A stretch of 64,000 nucleotides of DNA from an uncultured Bacilli bacterium (GTDB taxonomy: Bacteria; Bacillota_I; Bacilli_A; RF39; UBA660). The translations under genes and the position numbers were made by a program. How positions within the stretch are numbered: position 1 is the first letter of the stretch; each line of letters begins with the position of its first letter. This document shows, in pieces, positions 31,746 to 41,562 of this stretch. The stretch lies in assembly GCA_934096805.1 (NCBI GenBank), contig CAKOMW010000002.1, positions 11,736 through 75,735 of the forward strand, written 5' to 3'. The notes below the pieces were generated by a model, which saw nothing but the letters and a program-made list of their open reading frames with translations, did no database searches and was not told where the DNA came from.

Positions 31746-33097
31746 TGGGAAAACTATTCGGAACAGACGGCATAAGAGGCATTGTAAATGATGACTTAAC
31801 AGCATCACTAGCCTTTAAAATCGGAGCAAGCGTCGCTAAAGTACTAAAACAAGAACTAAAAAAGGATAACTTGACATTTCTGGTAGGAACCGACACTAGA
31901 ATAAGCAAAGACATGTTTACAGCAAGCATTATATCTGGAGTCCTAAGCGAAAACTGTAACATCATTGACCTTGGAATAATGCCAACACCAGCCATTTCAT
32001 ACCTAACTAAAGAACTAAAAAAAGACGGAGCCTTTATAATAAGTGCTAGCCACAATCCTAGTAAATACAACGGGATAAAAGTACTAGACCAAAATGGATA
32101 CAAACTAACAGAACAAATGGAAGAAAAAATAGAACGACAAATTATAAACTTCGAAGAAAACAATCAAATCAACAAATGCGGAAAAATATTAAAAACAAAA
32201 GACTCAATCGAACTATACATAAAGCACTTACTAAAAACAATTGATATAAACGATGAATTAAAAAACAAGAAAATTCTAATTGATACCGCAAACGGAGCAA
32301 GCTACAAAACCGCTGAACAACTATTTAAAAAAATAAACATCAACTATGATATAATCAACAACCACCCAGACGGACTAAACATAAATGAAAATGCTGGTTC
32401 AACCCACATCCAAAATCTTCAAAAACTAGTAAAAGAAAATAACTACGATTTAGGAATAGCCTACGATGGTGATGCCGACAGATGCATAATGGTCGATGAA
32501 GACGGTGAAGAAGTAGACGGAGATTACATAATCGCCATATGTGGAAACCACCTAAAAAAACAAAACAAACTAACCAACAACACTCTAACTGGAACTGTAA
32601 TGTCCAACCTAGGACTAGTAAAATTCTGCAAAGAACAAAACATCAACTTTTCTAAAACCAAAGTTGGAGACAAATACGTCCTAGAAGAAATGTTAAAAAA
32701 TAACTATCCCCTTGGAGGAGAACAAAGCGGTCACATAATATTTAAAGAATACGCCAACACCGGAGACGGAGAATTAACATCACTTCAAGTCCTAAACGTC
32801 ATGGCCAAAGAAAATAAGTCTTTAAAAGAACTAAAAAACATCATGAAAAAATATCCTCAAGTAACCATAAACGTAGAAACAACTAAACAAGGAAAAGACC
32901 AGTTAAACACCAATAAAAACATTCAAAATAAAATTTCCGAACTAAACCAAATCCTAAACGAAGATGGCAGAGTATTAGTAAGACCAAGTGGAACCGAAAA
33001 CTTAATAAGAGTAATGATCGAAGGAAAAGATAAAAATCAAATAACCCAACAATGCGAAGAACTAGCAAATTATATTAACCAACAACTAAACAACTAA
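31745..33097 (+). CDS. glmM: Phosphoglucosamine mutase
   Basis: LFGTDGIRG, active-site SASHNPSKYNGIK, 450 aa. Confidence 0.9.
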   Translation: MGKLFGTDGIRGIVNDDLTASLAFKIGASVAKVLKQELKKDNLTFLVGTDTRISKDMFTASIISGVLSENCNIIDLGIMPTPAISYLTKELKKDGAFIISASHNPSKYNGIKVLDQNGYKLTEQMEEKIERQIINFEENNQINKCGKILKTKDSIELYIKHLLKTIDINDELKNKKILIDTANGASYKTAEQLFKKININYDIINNHPDGLNINENAGSTHIQNLQKLVKENNYDLGIAYDGDADRCIMVDEDGEEVDGDYIIAICGNHLKKQNKLTNNTLTGTVMSNLGLVKFCKEQNINFSKTKVGDKYVLEEMLKNNYPLGGEQSGHIIFKEYANTGDGELTSLQVLNVMAKENKSLKELKNIMKKYPQVTINVETTKQGKDQLNTNKNIQNKISELNQILNEDGRVLVRPSGTENLIRVMIEGKDKNQITQQCEELANYINQQLNN

Positions 33098-33147
33098 TTT
33101 AAGCTTTATTTAAGAAAAAACAATATAATATTTAAGTGGTGATAAAA

Positions 33148-33843
33148 ATGAAAATATTAATAATCGAAGACGAATACAATCTAGCAGACGCTATATCTGC
33201 CATGCTAAAAGCTCAAAACTATATGGTTGACATAAGAACAGATGGTGAAGAAGGCTTATATGAAGCCTTAACCGACATCTACGACCTAATAATCCTAGAC
33301 GTCATGCTTCCTAACAAAAATGGTTTTGAAATTCTAAAAGAGATAAAACAAGAAAAAATCTCATCCAAAGTAATAATGTTAACAGCCAAAAGCACTATCG
33401 AAGACAAAATGATAGGATTCAAAACAGGAGCAGATGATTATTTAACTAAACCATTCCACATGGATGAACTATTAGCAAGAGTAAACCTAAAACTAAGAAA
33501 AGACAACAACGAAGAAAACAACATTCTAAAATACAATGACATTGAGCTAGACACAAAGAAACTAATTCTAAAAAACACCACCACCAAAAGCGAAGTATCC
33601 GTAATAGGTAAAGAATTTCAACTACTAGAACTCCTAATAAGAAATAAAAACATCGTTCTATCCAAAGAACAAATATTTAATAAAATATGGGGCTTTGAAA
33701 GCGAATGCGAAATAAACACCCTAGAAGCATACATCTCATTCATCAGAAAAAAACTAAAACTTATAAAATCCCAAGTCCAAATAAAAGCCATAAGAGGAAT
33801 AGGCTATAGATTAGAGGTACAAAATGAAAAAATTAAGAACTAA
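33148..33843 (+). CDS. OmpR-family response regulator
   Basis: Receiver domain (IIEDE..D..LDVMLP..NG, LTAK) plus a winged-helix C-terminal domain. Confidence 0.85.
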   Translation: MKILIIEDEYNLADAISAMLKAQNYMVDIRTDGEEGLYEALTDIYDLIILDVMLPNKNGFEILKEIKQEKISSKVIMLTAKSTIEDKMIGFKTGADDYLTKPFHMDELLARVNLKLRKDNNEENNILKYNDIELDTKKLILKNTTTKSEVSVIGKEFQLLELLIRNKNIVLSKEQIFNKIWGFESECEINTLEAYISFIRKKLKLIKSQVQIKAIRGIGYRLEVQNEKIKN

Positions 33844-35011
33844 ATTATTTGTAACCATATTTTTAATCATCACAATCTTCACAACATTCATTTTTCTCTT
33901 CTCAAATCTAAGAGCCTACACCCAAGAAAAAAATAATATTGCAAACGTTATTGATAAACTATATAAAGAAGATCCATCAACCAATCTAGACCAAAAGAAA
34001 ATTTTTATGGAATACAACATTTATACCATCATACTTGGAGAAAACAATACTTACAAAGCTATAATATCAAACACCCTAGAAGACATGAACTCTAAAAAAA
34101 TAGAAAAATTAGCTAACAACATTATAAAGAAAAAAAATCAAAAACAATACATTGGTAATCTTTATTTTAATCAATACTCTTACAAATTCATAAACGATGA
34201 AATTCTTATCATTATAGACAATAGCAAAACCACAAAGAAAGTAACCGAAACCCTAGTAGTAACCTCAATAACCTTTGTTTTATTAGAAATATCCACCGTG
34301 ATAGTGGCATACACTCTAACAAAATGGTTAATAACCCCAGTCGAAACAAGCTTCGAAAAACAAAAAACCTTTATCGCCGATGCATCACATGAGTTAAAAA
34401 CCCCCCTTACAGTAATAGACGCCAGTTGTGACGCTTACTTTAATGACAAAAATGATAAATGGATAAAAAATATAAAAAATGAAACAACCAGAATGACTAA
34501 ACTAGTAACAGAACTATTAGACTTAGCCACTCTAGAAAACAATAACAAAGTCCCAATCCAAGAAGAAAACCTATCAAACATCATCGAAAGCTCAGTCCTT
34601 ACCTTCGAAAGTCTATTCTATGAAAAAAACATAAAACTAAAATACAACATCAAAAAAGACATAATGCTAGACTGCAACCAAGACTTAATAAAAGAGTTAA
34701 TGAGTATTCTAATAGACAATGCTATAAGCCACACCAAAGAAAAAAATAAAGTAGAAATAACCTTAACAAGTACCAATAAAGAAATAAATCTAAAAGTTAA
34801 AAATGAAGGTTCAAAAATAAATAAAGAAGACGAAACAAAAATATTTGAAAGATTTTATCGAGCAGATAAATCAAGAAACAGACAAAACAACAAATACGGT
34901 CTAGGGCTCTCAATAGCCAAAAACATCGTTGAAAAACAAAAGGGAAACATAAAAGCTTACTCCAAAGACAACTATACAATATTTGAAATAACCTGGAATC
35001 AAAATAAATGA
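33824..35011 (+). CDS. Sensor histidine kinase
   Basis: Two TM helices, H-box ADASHELKTPLT, N/G boxes (GLGLSIAKNIV). Confidence 0.8.
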   Translation: MKKLRTKLFVTIFLIITIFTTFIFLFSNLRAYTQEKNNIANVIDKLYKEDPSTNLDQKKIFMEYNIYTIILGENNTYKAIISNTLEDMNSKKIEKLANNIIKKKNQKQYIGNLYFNQYSYKFINDEILIIIDNSKTTKKVTETLVVTSITFVLLEISTVIVAYTLTKWLITPVETSFEKQKTFIADASHELKTPLTVIDASCDAYFNDKNDKWIKNIKNETTRMTKLVTELLDLATLENNNKVPIQEENLSNIIESSVLTFESLFYEKNIKLKYNIKKDIMLDCNQDLIKELMSILIDNAISHTKEKNKVEITLTSTNKEINLKVKNEGSKINKEDETKIFERFYRADKSRNRQNNKYGLGLSIAKNIVEKQKGNIKAYSKDNYTIFEITWNQNK

Positions 35012-35070
35012 TTCCTTTTTAAGTTTCTTTTAAGTTTAAAAAAGTAAACTAAATACAAGGAGGAAAGAAT

Positions 35071-36228
35071 ATGGAAAATAATAATGAACAAAATAAACAA
35101 GAACAACCAAAAGAAACAATAAAAAAAGACAAAAATAAAAACATTAGAAACAACATAATAATAGGAATAACACTATTTGCCCTTGGAGTACTTTCAGCTT
35201 TTATAATAATATGTCAAGAACCAAACATATTAACCAAAATAACAGAACAAAAAAATGTAACCATCACTGATACAGGTATTTCAGAAGCAGTAGACAAAGT
35301 ATACGATAAAACCGTAATCGTAACAACATACAAAGACAATCAAAAATACTCATCGGGAAGTGGATTCATCTATAAAGTAAACAAAGACACTACTTATATA
35401 ATTACTAACCACCATGTAGTAGCATCAGGAGAAACCTACAAAATTACCACCACTGATGAAGAACAACAAGATGCAACCCTTGTAGGAAGCGATCAATACT
35501 CCGACATTGCAGTATTAAAAGTAAAAACAAAAAGCACATATAAAGAAGTAGAAAAAGGAAATAGCAATAAACTAAAAATCGGAGACACAACCTTCGCCAT
35601 AGGGGCACCCTTAACAAGTGACTACTCATGGACAGTAACCAAAGGAATAATCTCAGGAAAAGAAAGACTAGTAGAAATATCAACTACATCAACAAACGAA
35701 TCAGACTATGTTATGAACGTTATCCAAACAGACACAGCCGTAAACCAAGGAAATTCAGGAGGTCCATTATGTAATGCAAACGGTGAAGTAATAGGAATAA
35801 TATCAGCAAAAATAAGTGGTACCGGAGTCGAAGGAATGGGCTTTGCCATACCAATAGAAACAGCAACAGAAAAAGCCGATAACATAATAAATAAGAAAAC
35901 AACAACATACCCATACCTAGGAATATCAATGATGAACCTAACAGACATAAAATCATATCCAAACTACTATAACTATTTAGAAAAAACAAACCTAGAAAAT
36001 GGAGTAGTAGTAATGTCAGTAGAAAACAATTCACCGGCTAAAAAAGCTGGACTAAAAGAAGGAGACATTATAACAAAACTGAATGATGAAGAAACAAAAA
36101 ACATAGCTTATCTAAGATACAAACTATATAAACATAAAAAAGGAGACAAAATAACCATAACCTATGAAAGAAATGGTAAAACAAAAACAACCAAAGTAAA
36201 ACTAACTGATCAAAACAAACAAGCATAA
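35071..36228 (+). CDS. HtrA/DegP-family serine protease with C-terminal PDZ
   Basis: TNHHVV (His), D, GNSGGPL (Ser) triad motifs. N-terminal TM, PDZ-like tail. Confidence 0.85.
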   Translation: MENNNEQNKQEQPKETIKKDKNKNIRNNIIIGITLFALGVLSAFIIICQEPNILTKITEQKNVTITDTGISEAVDKVYDKTVIVTTYKDNQKYSSGSGFIYKVNKDTTYIITNHHVVASGETYKITTTDEEQQDATLVGSDQYSDIAVLKVKTKSTYKEVEKGNSNKLKIGDTTFAIGAPLTSDYSWTVTKGIISGKERLVEISTTSTNESDYVMNVIQTDTAVNQGNSGGPLCNANGEVIGIISAKISGTGVEGMGFAIPIETATEKADNIINKKTTTYPYLGISMMNLTDIKSYPNYYNYLEKTNLENGVVVMSVENNSPAKKAGLKEGDIITKLNDEETKNIAYLRYKLYKHKKGDKITITYERNGKTKTTKVKLTDQNKQA

Positions 36229-36245
36229 AACAAACCAAAAGGTAC

Positions 36246-36274
36246 TTGAAAAAGTATCTTTTTTGTATTAAAAT
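36246..36274 (+). promoter_or_regulatory. Promoter TTGAAA-N17-TAAAAT of variable-family copy 2
   Basis: Same -35/-10 geometry as copies 1, 4 and 5. Confidence 0.4.
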
Positions 36275-36355
36275 TAAATTATAGAAAACTAAGGAAGGAG
36301 GAAGAAATTTTATAACAAACATACATATATTTGTTATGAGATTTTTGAATTTTTT

Positions 36356-37904
36356 ATGACAAATAAATATTCGTCTGGGGGGGGGGCAAAATACTACTAG
36401 CCCTATAAATAAAAAAGGGAAAACAATAAAAATAATATCAATAATAATACTTTTAATACTAATAGTAATTAGTATATCTTTTGCATTAGGTAATATTGAT
36501 ATAAATATACTAGGAAGAAGAAATATAAAAATATCTAAATGTGAACTAGATATAAACTTTAAAGAAAGTGAAGAACTAATGCTAGTAAGTAAATATCCCA
36601 TATCAAAAGAAGAAGCATTAAAGTATAATGCAAAAGAAATAAATATAACAAACAATTCTACATGTGATACAGCTTATTATAAAGTAACAATAAAAGACTT
36701 AGTAAATTCATCTATAAATAAAGATAAGATTAACTATCAAGTAATAGATAAAAGTACAAATACAGAAACAATAGATAAAAACCCAGATAACTTTAATATA
36801 AGTGATTCACTTACTAAAGGAAATACAAAAACATACACAATAAGACTATGGATAGATGAAAGTGCAACCAATACTGACTTATTTATAAATGGAGATACAA
36901 CAAAACCAATAGAATATAAATATGCACTTAACATAGAATCAAGTGATGAAGAGATAAAAGGAGCAGGCATGACAGCAACAGAATTTGCCCAAGCAAATGT
37001 AGGACAAAATGGTTTGGAACAAATAACACATACTATAGATAATACACTTCAAGTTGATGAAAGATTTGCAACAGAATATAGATACAGGGGAGGAAATTCC
37101 ACAGTAAATAATTGGGTATATTTTAACTGCAGTGATCCCTCTAATCAAACAGACTCAACATGCGAAAAATGGATGATAATTGGAGTAATTCCAACAGAAG
37201 ACGCAAATGGAAATGTTACAAACAGGTTCAAAATGCTAAGACAAATCATTCGTAATGGAGATTTGTGTATAATAAAACCATCAGGTGGAGGTGGCTCATC
37301 AGGTGGAGGTGGCTCATCAGGTGGAGGAAACGGTTCTACAGATACTTTGTATAGCTGCAACAATAATTACGCAAACAATACTATGTATAATTATTGTTTT
37401 TCGGAAAATATTATAAACTCTAACTATACAGATTATGTAGATTATGCAAAGTATTATCTTGGTGGTTATAGCTCAATAGACGTTACTCCAAAACAAATGT
37501 GGCAGTATGAGAGAAAAAATGAAGCTAACAGAGAAGGATATTTTTATAAAGATAATCAGTTGAATGTTACTAAAAAAGTTGCATTTTTAAGTATCAGTGA
37601 CCATGGATATGCCTCAAGTAACTGTGAAGATAAAACTTTAAACGGTGATAATTCAGACAACATTTATTCCTGTGATAATTGGATATTAGATAGGTTTGAT
37701 CAAGGGAACATTCGAATATTTATTAATGCAGGCTCTGCTAGTAACAAAAGTATTTATCATTTTTCATCGTCCAGGATTATTCTCAGTGAAATGAAAACTA
37801 ACAGTACCGCTCAAGTCATTAACGTCCTAACCCTCTCTTCCAACATTAAAATTACTGGAGGTAAAGGTACTAAGACTGAACCATACCAATTATCAGTGGA
37901 ATAA
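36356..37904 (+). CDS. Poly-G phase-variable surface protein family, copy 2. It is frameshifted in the G tract. The main ORF 36579-37904 is restored by -1 G.
   Basis: With G9 the reading frame gives MTNKYSSGGGQNTTSPINKKGKTIKIISIIILLILIVISISFALG.. (signal anchor), continuous with MLVSKYPIS... It contains a (GGGGS) linker repeat. Confidence 0.65.
36377..36386 (+). repeat. Homopolymeric G tract, n=10, in codons 8-11 of copy 2 (out of frame, OFF; G9 would be ON)
   Basis: ATG ACA AAT AAA TAT TCG TCT G10 then CAAAATACTACTAG gives TAG six codons later. Removing one G fuses to the 441-aa ORF. Confidence 0.8.
37281..37330 (+). repeat. 18-nt tandem repeat (TCAGGTGGAGGTGGCTCA) x about 2.7 encoding an SGGGGS linker in copy 2
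   Basis: PSGGGGSSGGGGSSGGGNGS in the ORF. The repeat is perfect at the DNA level. Confidence 0.7.
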
Positions 37905-38335
37905 TACAAAAATAAATAAAATATAAAAAAATTAAAAAAATATAAAAATTCAGTTTCATTTAAGAAATATCCACTATACTTAAGATGTAAACAAAAATAT
38001 TTGTTTATGAAAGAGGTGAGATATGACATACAAAAAGCAATATTAAAAAAATAAAAACTTAAACTCCTAAAAAGAATTTGCGAAAAAAATCGCAAAATGT
38101 AAAAAATATAAAAATATTAACAAACCTGTCTAATTAAAAAAACGAAAAAAGATGAAATTTAAACGATTCGAAAATTTACAATTATTTGTGTTGTAAAACG
38201 CCTAATAATAAAATGATGGTAACTTTAGCCATCATTTTTATTTGATATAATAATCAAATAAAACCCTAACAAAAATTACTTTATTTTATTAAACAAAAAT
38301 GATATAATACACATGTATATAAAGGAGAGATACCC

Positions 38336-39181
38336 ATGATTGATATCATTTTAGATACATTAATCGATGCTTTAAAACTGTTACCATTTTTATTTGCAAC
38401 ATTCCTTGTAATAGAATACATCGAACACAAACTAAAGGACAAACCAAGACAAAAACTACAAAATAGTAAATACGGTCCTGTAATCGGAGCCCTTCTCGGA
38501 GCCTTTCCTCAATGCGGTTTTAGCGTCGCTGCCACTAACCTCTATATCACAAGGATAATCTCCTTAGGTACCTTAATTGCAATTTTTCTATCAACTAGTG
38601 ATGAAATGCTACCAATCCTAATAGCAAACAAAACAAACCCCATAATCATAATAAAAATAGTAAGCATAAAAATAATAATTGGTATGATCTGTGGTATTAT
38701 AATAGACCTAATATACAAAAAAAATAAAAAAGAAGAAATAGAAAAATCTCCCTACGAAATATGTGAACATTCAAAATGTGGCTGTAATAATAACATTATA
38801 AAATCATCTCTAAAACATACCATAAATATATTGATATTCATCATAATCATCAGTTTCATATTAAACTTATCACTTTCTTATCTAGGTCAAGACAAAATAA
38901 AAACATTATTTCTAAATAATAATATTTTTGCCCCATTTATATCTGGTTTAATAGGTCTAATTCCAAACTGTGGTGCAAGCATAGCTTTAACAGAACTTTA
39001 CCTAGAAGACGTCATCACCCTTGGAACATCATTATCAGGGCTTTTATCAGGAAGTGGAATAGGGCTTCTAGTACTAATAAAACAAAACAAAAATATTAAA
39101 CAAAACATCCTAATAATTTTAACAATTTATCTAATCGGAGTAATAAGTGGTATTATCATTAATCTAATTAATATCATGTAA
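38336..39181 (+). CDS. Integral membrane protein with an internally duplicated P(Q/N)CG(F/A)S motif (putative permease)
   Basis: About 8 TM helices, two-fold internal repeat. SD AAAGGAG. Confidence 0.4.
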   Translation: MIDIILDTLIDALKLLPFLFATFLVIEYIEHKLKDKPRQKLQNSKYGPVIGALLGAFPQCGFSVAATNLYITRIISLGTLIAIFLSTSDEMLPILIANKTNPIIIIKIVSIKIIIGMICGIIIDLIYKKNKKEEIEKSPYEICEHSKCGCNNNIIKSSLKHTINILIFIIIISFILNLSLSYLGQDKIKTLFLNNNIFAPFISGLIGLIPNCGASIALTELYLEDVITLGTSLSGLLSGSGIGLLVLIKQNKNIKQNILIILTIYLIGVISGIIINLINIM

Positions 39182-39193
39182 AAGGAGGACCTT

Positions 39194-40504
39194 ATGGAAA
39201 TAATAGGACTAAATGAAGAAAAAATAAAACAAATATCAAAGATGAAACAAGAAGACCCAACCATTCTAGACTATCGCCTAAAATGTTACAATAAGTTCAA
39301 AGAACTAGGACTTCCTTCCTTTGGACCTAAAATAAACATTGACTTTGACAAAGTAAAATACTATAAAAACAATCTAGACAACAACATAAAAAACGATTGG
39401 AATAATATTGAAAATCAAGTAAAAGATGAATTCAATAACCTTGGGGTAATATCATCAGAAAAATACTTAGACGGAATCGGTGTTCAATACCAAAGCGAAG
39501 TAATATATCACAACATGCTAAAAGAATTAAACGATAAAAATGTAATCTTCACTTCAATAGAAAATGCTATGAAAAAATATCCGGAACTAGTAAACAAATA
39601 CTTCTCAAAAATAGTATCCCCATCAGAAAATAAATTCACTGCCTTAAATGGTGCTGTTTTTTCAGGAGGAAGCTTTATCTATATACCAAAAAACACCAAA
39701 CTAGATAGACCGCTCCAAAGTTACTTCAGAATAAACAGCAAAGATTTAGGACAATTTGAAAGAACCTTAATCGTAGTGGACGACAACAGTGAACTTCATT
39801 ATATCGAAGGATGCACAGCAAGAGACTATTCCACTAGCAACCTTCATGCAGCAGTAGTAGAAATATATGTAGGAAAAAACAGTAAATGTCGCTACAGTAC
39901 TATTCAAAACTGGGCTACCAACGTTTATAACCTCGTAACAAAAAGAGCCTTAGTCGAAGAAAACGGAACCATGGAATGGATAGACGGAAACATAGGTTCA
40001 TACAAAACAATGAAATACCCATGTTGCGTCCTAAAAGGAGACTACTCCAAAGGTACATGTATCACTATAAGCATCGCTAAAGGAAAACAACAACAAGACA
40101 GTGGAGCCAAAATGATTCACATCGGAAAAAACACAACCAGCAACATTATCTCTAAAAGCATTGCCATGGAAAATGGTTCATCAGACTATCGTGGTAAGGT
40201 AGAAATAAAAAAAAGTGCGACAAACTCAACCTCGCTTGTAAAATGTGATAGTCTAATCCTCGATAAAAACTCCAGTAGCGACACATATCCTAATAACATT
40301 GTCAACAATAACACTAGCAACATTGAACACGAAGCAACCGTTTCAAAAATAAGCGAAGAGAAACTATTCTACATGATGAGCCGTGGCATCTCCAAAGAAA
40401 AAGCCATTGAACTAATTATACTAGGATTCACAGACAGATTTAAACAAGAACTTCCAATGGAATACGCTGTTGAATTAAATCAACTATTAAAACAAAATTT
40501 ATAA
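39194..40504 (+). CDS. sufB: Fe-S cluster assembly protein SufB
   Basis: NWATNVYNLVTKRALVEENGTMEWIDGNIGS...KYPCCVLKGD...KMIHIGKNTTSNIISKSIA, a SufB-specific conserved block. Confidence 0.85.
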   Translation: MEIIGLNEEKIKQISKMKQEDPTILDYRLKCYNKFKELGLPSFGPKINIDFDKVKYYKNNLDNNIKNDWNNIENQVKDEFNNLGVISSEKYLDGIGVQYQSEVIYHNMLKELNDKNVIFTSIENAMKKYPELVNKYFSKIVSPSENKFTALNGAVFSGGSFIYIPKNTKLDRPLQSYFRINSKDLGQFERTLIVVDDNSELHYIEGCTARDYSTSNLHAAVVEIYVGKNSKCRYSTIQNWATNVYNLVTKRALVEENGTMEWIDGNIGSYKTMKYPCCVLKGDYSKGTCITISIAKGKQQQDSGAKMIHIGKNTTSNIISKSIAMENGSSDYRGKVEIKKSATNSTSLVKCDSLILDKNSSSDTYPNNIVNNNTSNIEHEATVSKISEEKLFYMMSRGISKEKAIELIILGFTDRFKQELPMEYAVELNQLLKQNL

Positions 40505-40681
40505 AAAAAGTTAAATTATGCTACTTTGACCATTTTGAACATAAAAAACTAACCAAAAAAGTAATTTTTCCCTAGAGAAAAACTACTTTTTTAATACAAA
40601 AAAAACAACAAAAAATAAAAAATGCCCATTTGCAACCGCAAAATTAATTAGGTATTATATCACCAGAAAGGAGGTGATTTA

Positions 40682-41017
40682 ATGCTTAATCAAGTTACAC
40701 TAGTAGGAAGACTAGTAAAAAAACCAGAAGTAGTAGAGTCAGAAAACAAAACCAAAAGAAGTATCATCACCTTAGCAGTGCCAAGAAACTTCAAAAACGT
40801 AAACGGTGAATACGAAACTGACTTCATTGACTGCATTCTCTGGCAAAACAATGCCCTAAACACTGCAGAATACTGTGACAAAGGCGACATAATAGGAATA
40901 AGAGGAAGAATTCAAACCTCAGTATATGAAAAAGAAGGAACTAAAATATACAAAAAAGAAATAATCGCAGAAAAAGTAACATTCCTATCAGGGAATAAAA
41001 AAGAAAAGACAGAATAA
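40682..41017 (+). CDS. Single-stranded DNA-binding protein, short form lacking the acidic C-terminal tail
   Basis: OB-fold MLNQVTLVGRLVKKPE........W.....GD...I.GR. Ends ..GNKKEKTE without a DDDIPF-type tail. Confidence 0.7.
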   Translation: MLNQVTLVGRLVKKPEVVESENKTKRSIITLAVPRNFKNVNGEYETDFIDCILWQNNALNTAEYCDKGDIIGIRGRIQTSVYEKEGTKIYKKEIIAEKVTFLSGNKKEKTE

Positions 41018-41119
41018 TCTGTCTTTTAAAATAAAAAAACAAAAATCGAATTAACTTTCGGCTAATAACGACATTTTATTCATTATATTTTCTTATAATG
41101 TAACCATGAGGTGAATAAA

Positions 41120-41482
41120 ATGGTTTTAGCAAACAGAATAAAGCAGTGTAGAAAGAGCAAAAACATGACACAAGAAGAGCTAGGCAACCTTATAGACGTT
41201 TCTAAAGTAAGCATTTGCCAATGGGAAAAAGGTACAAAAACACCAAGTACCAAAAACCTGATATTACTCTCAAAAATATTCAACATTGAATTAGAATACC
41301 TAATAGGAAACGATAACTATGTAGTAGCATCAAATGACGAAAAATATGGAATGGCAATGGCCAAAGAAGAAATAGACATCATACGTGAATTAAAAAGACA
41401 CGATAAACTATACAAAGAACTACTAGAAAATCCAAAAAGAGCAGTAGAAAGAATAGAAAAGAGTATCTATAAACATATGTAA
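41120..41482 (+). CDS. XRE-family HTH transcriptional regulator (HipB-like antitoxin candidate)
   Basis: LANRIKQCRKSKNMTQEELGNLIDVSKVSICQWEKG helix-turn-helix. SD GAGGTGA before the ATG at 41120. Confidence 0.7.
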   Translation: MVLANRIKQCRKSKNMTQEELGNLIDVSKVSICQWEKGTKTPSTKNLILLSKIFNIELEYLIGNDNYVVASNDEKYGMAMAKEEIDIIRELKRHDKLYKELLENPKRAVERIEKSIYKHM

Positions 41483-41562
41483 ATAAATTATATATGTTTA
41501 TTTTTTTATATAGGAAAAAATAAAAAAAAATGATATAATATATAAAGAAAGAAGGTGTAACT

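Noticed and set aside
36377-36386. Treating the four out-of-frame G tracts simply as sequencing or assembly errors and silently correcting the genes
   Set aside because: Homopolymer miscalls could explain one tract, and the exact lengths remain uncertain. However, the same tract recurs at the same codon position in five paralogs, each with a dedicated conserved promoter and leader, which is the signature of a contingency locus. I therefore report the observed lengths and flag the need for read-level confirmation rather than correcting them.
36068-36655. Minus-strand ORFs MFVIFISFALYFNASSFDMGYLL… recurring at 6775-6996, 36068-36655, 44095-44709 and 59990-60316 (and smaller ones at 36737-36970, 44791-44988, 60398-60595)
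   Set aside because: They are antisense shadows of the conserved + strand 5' module of the variable family, kept open by its purine-rich sense codons. They run through the G tract as CCCCCC (the FCPPP region) and have no SD or promoter.
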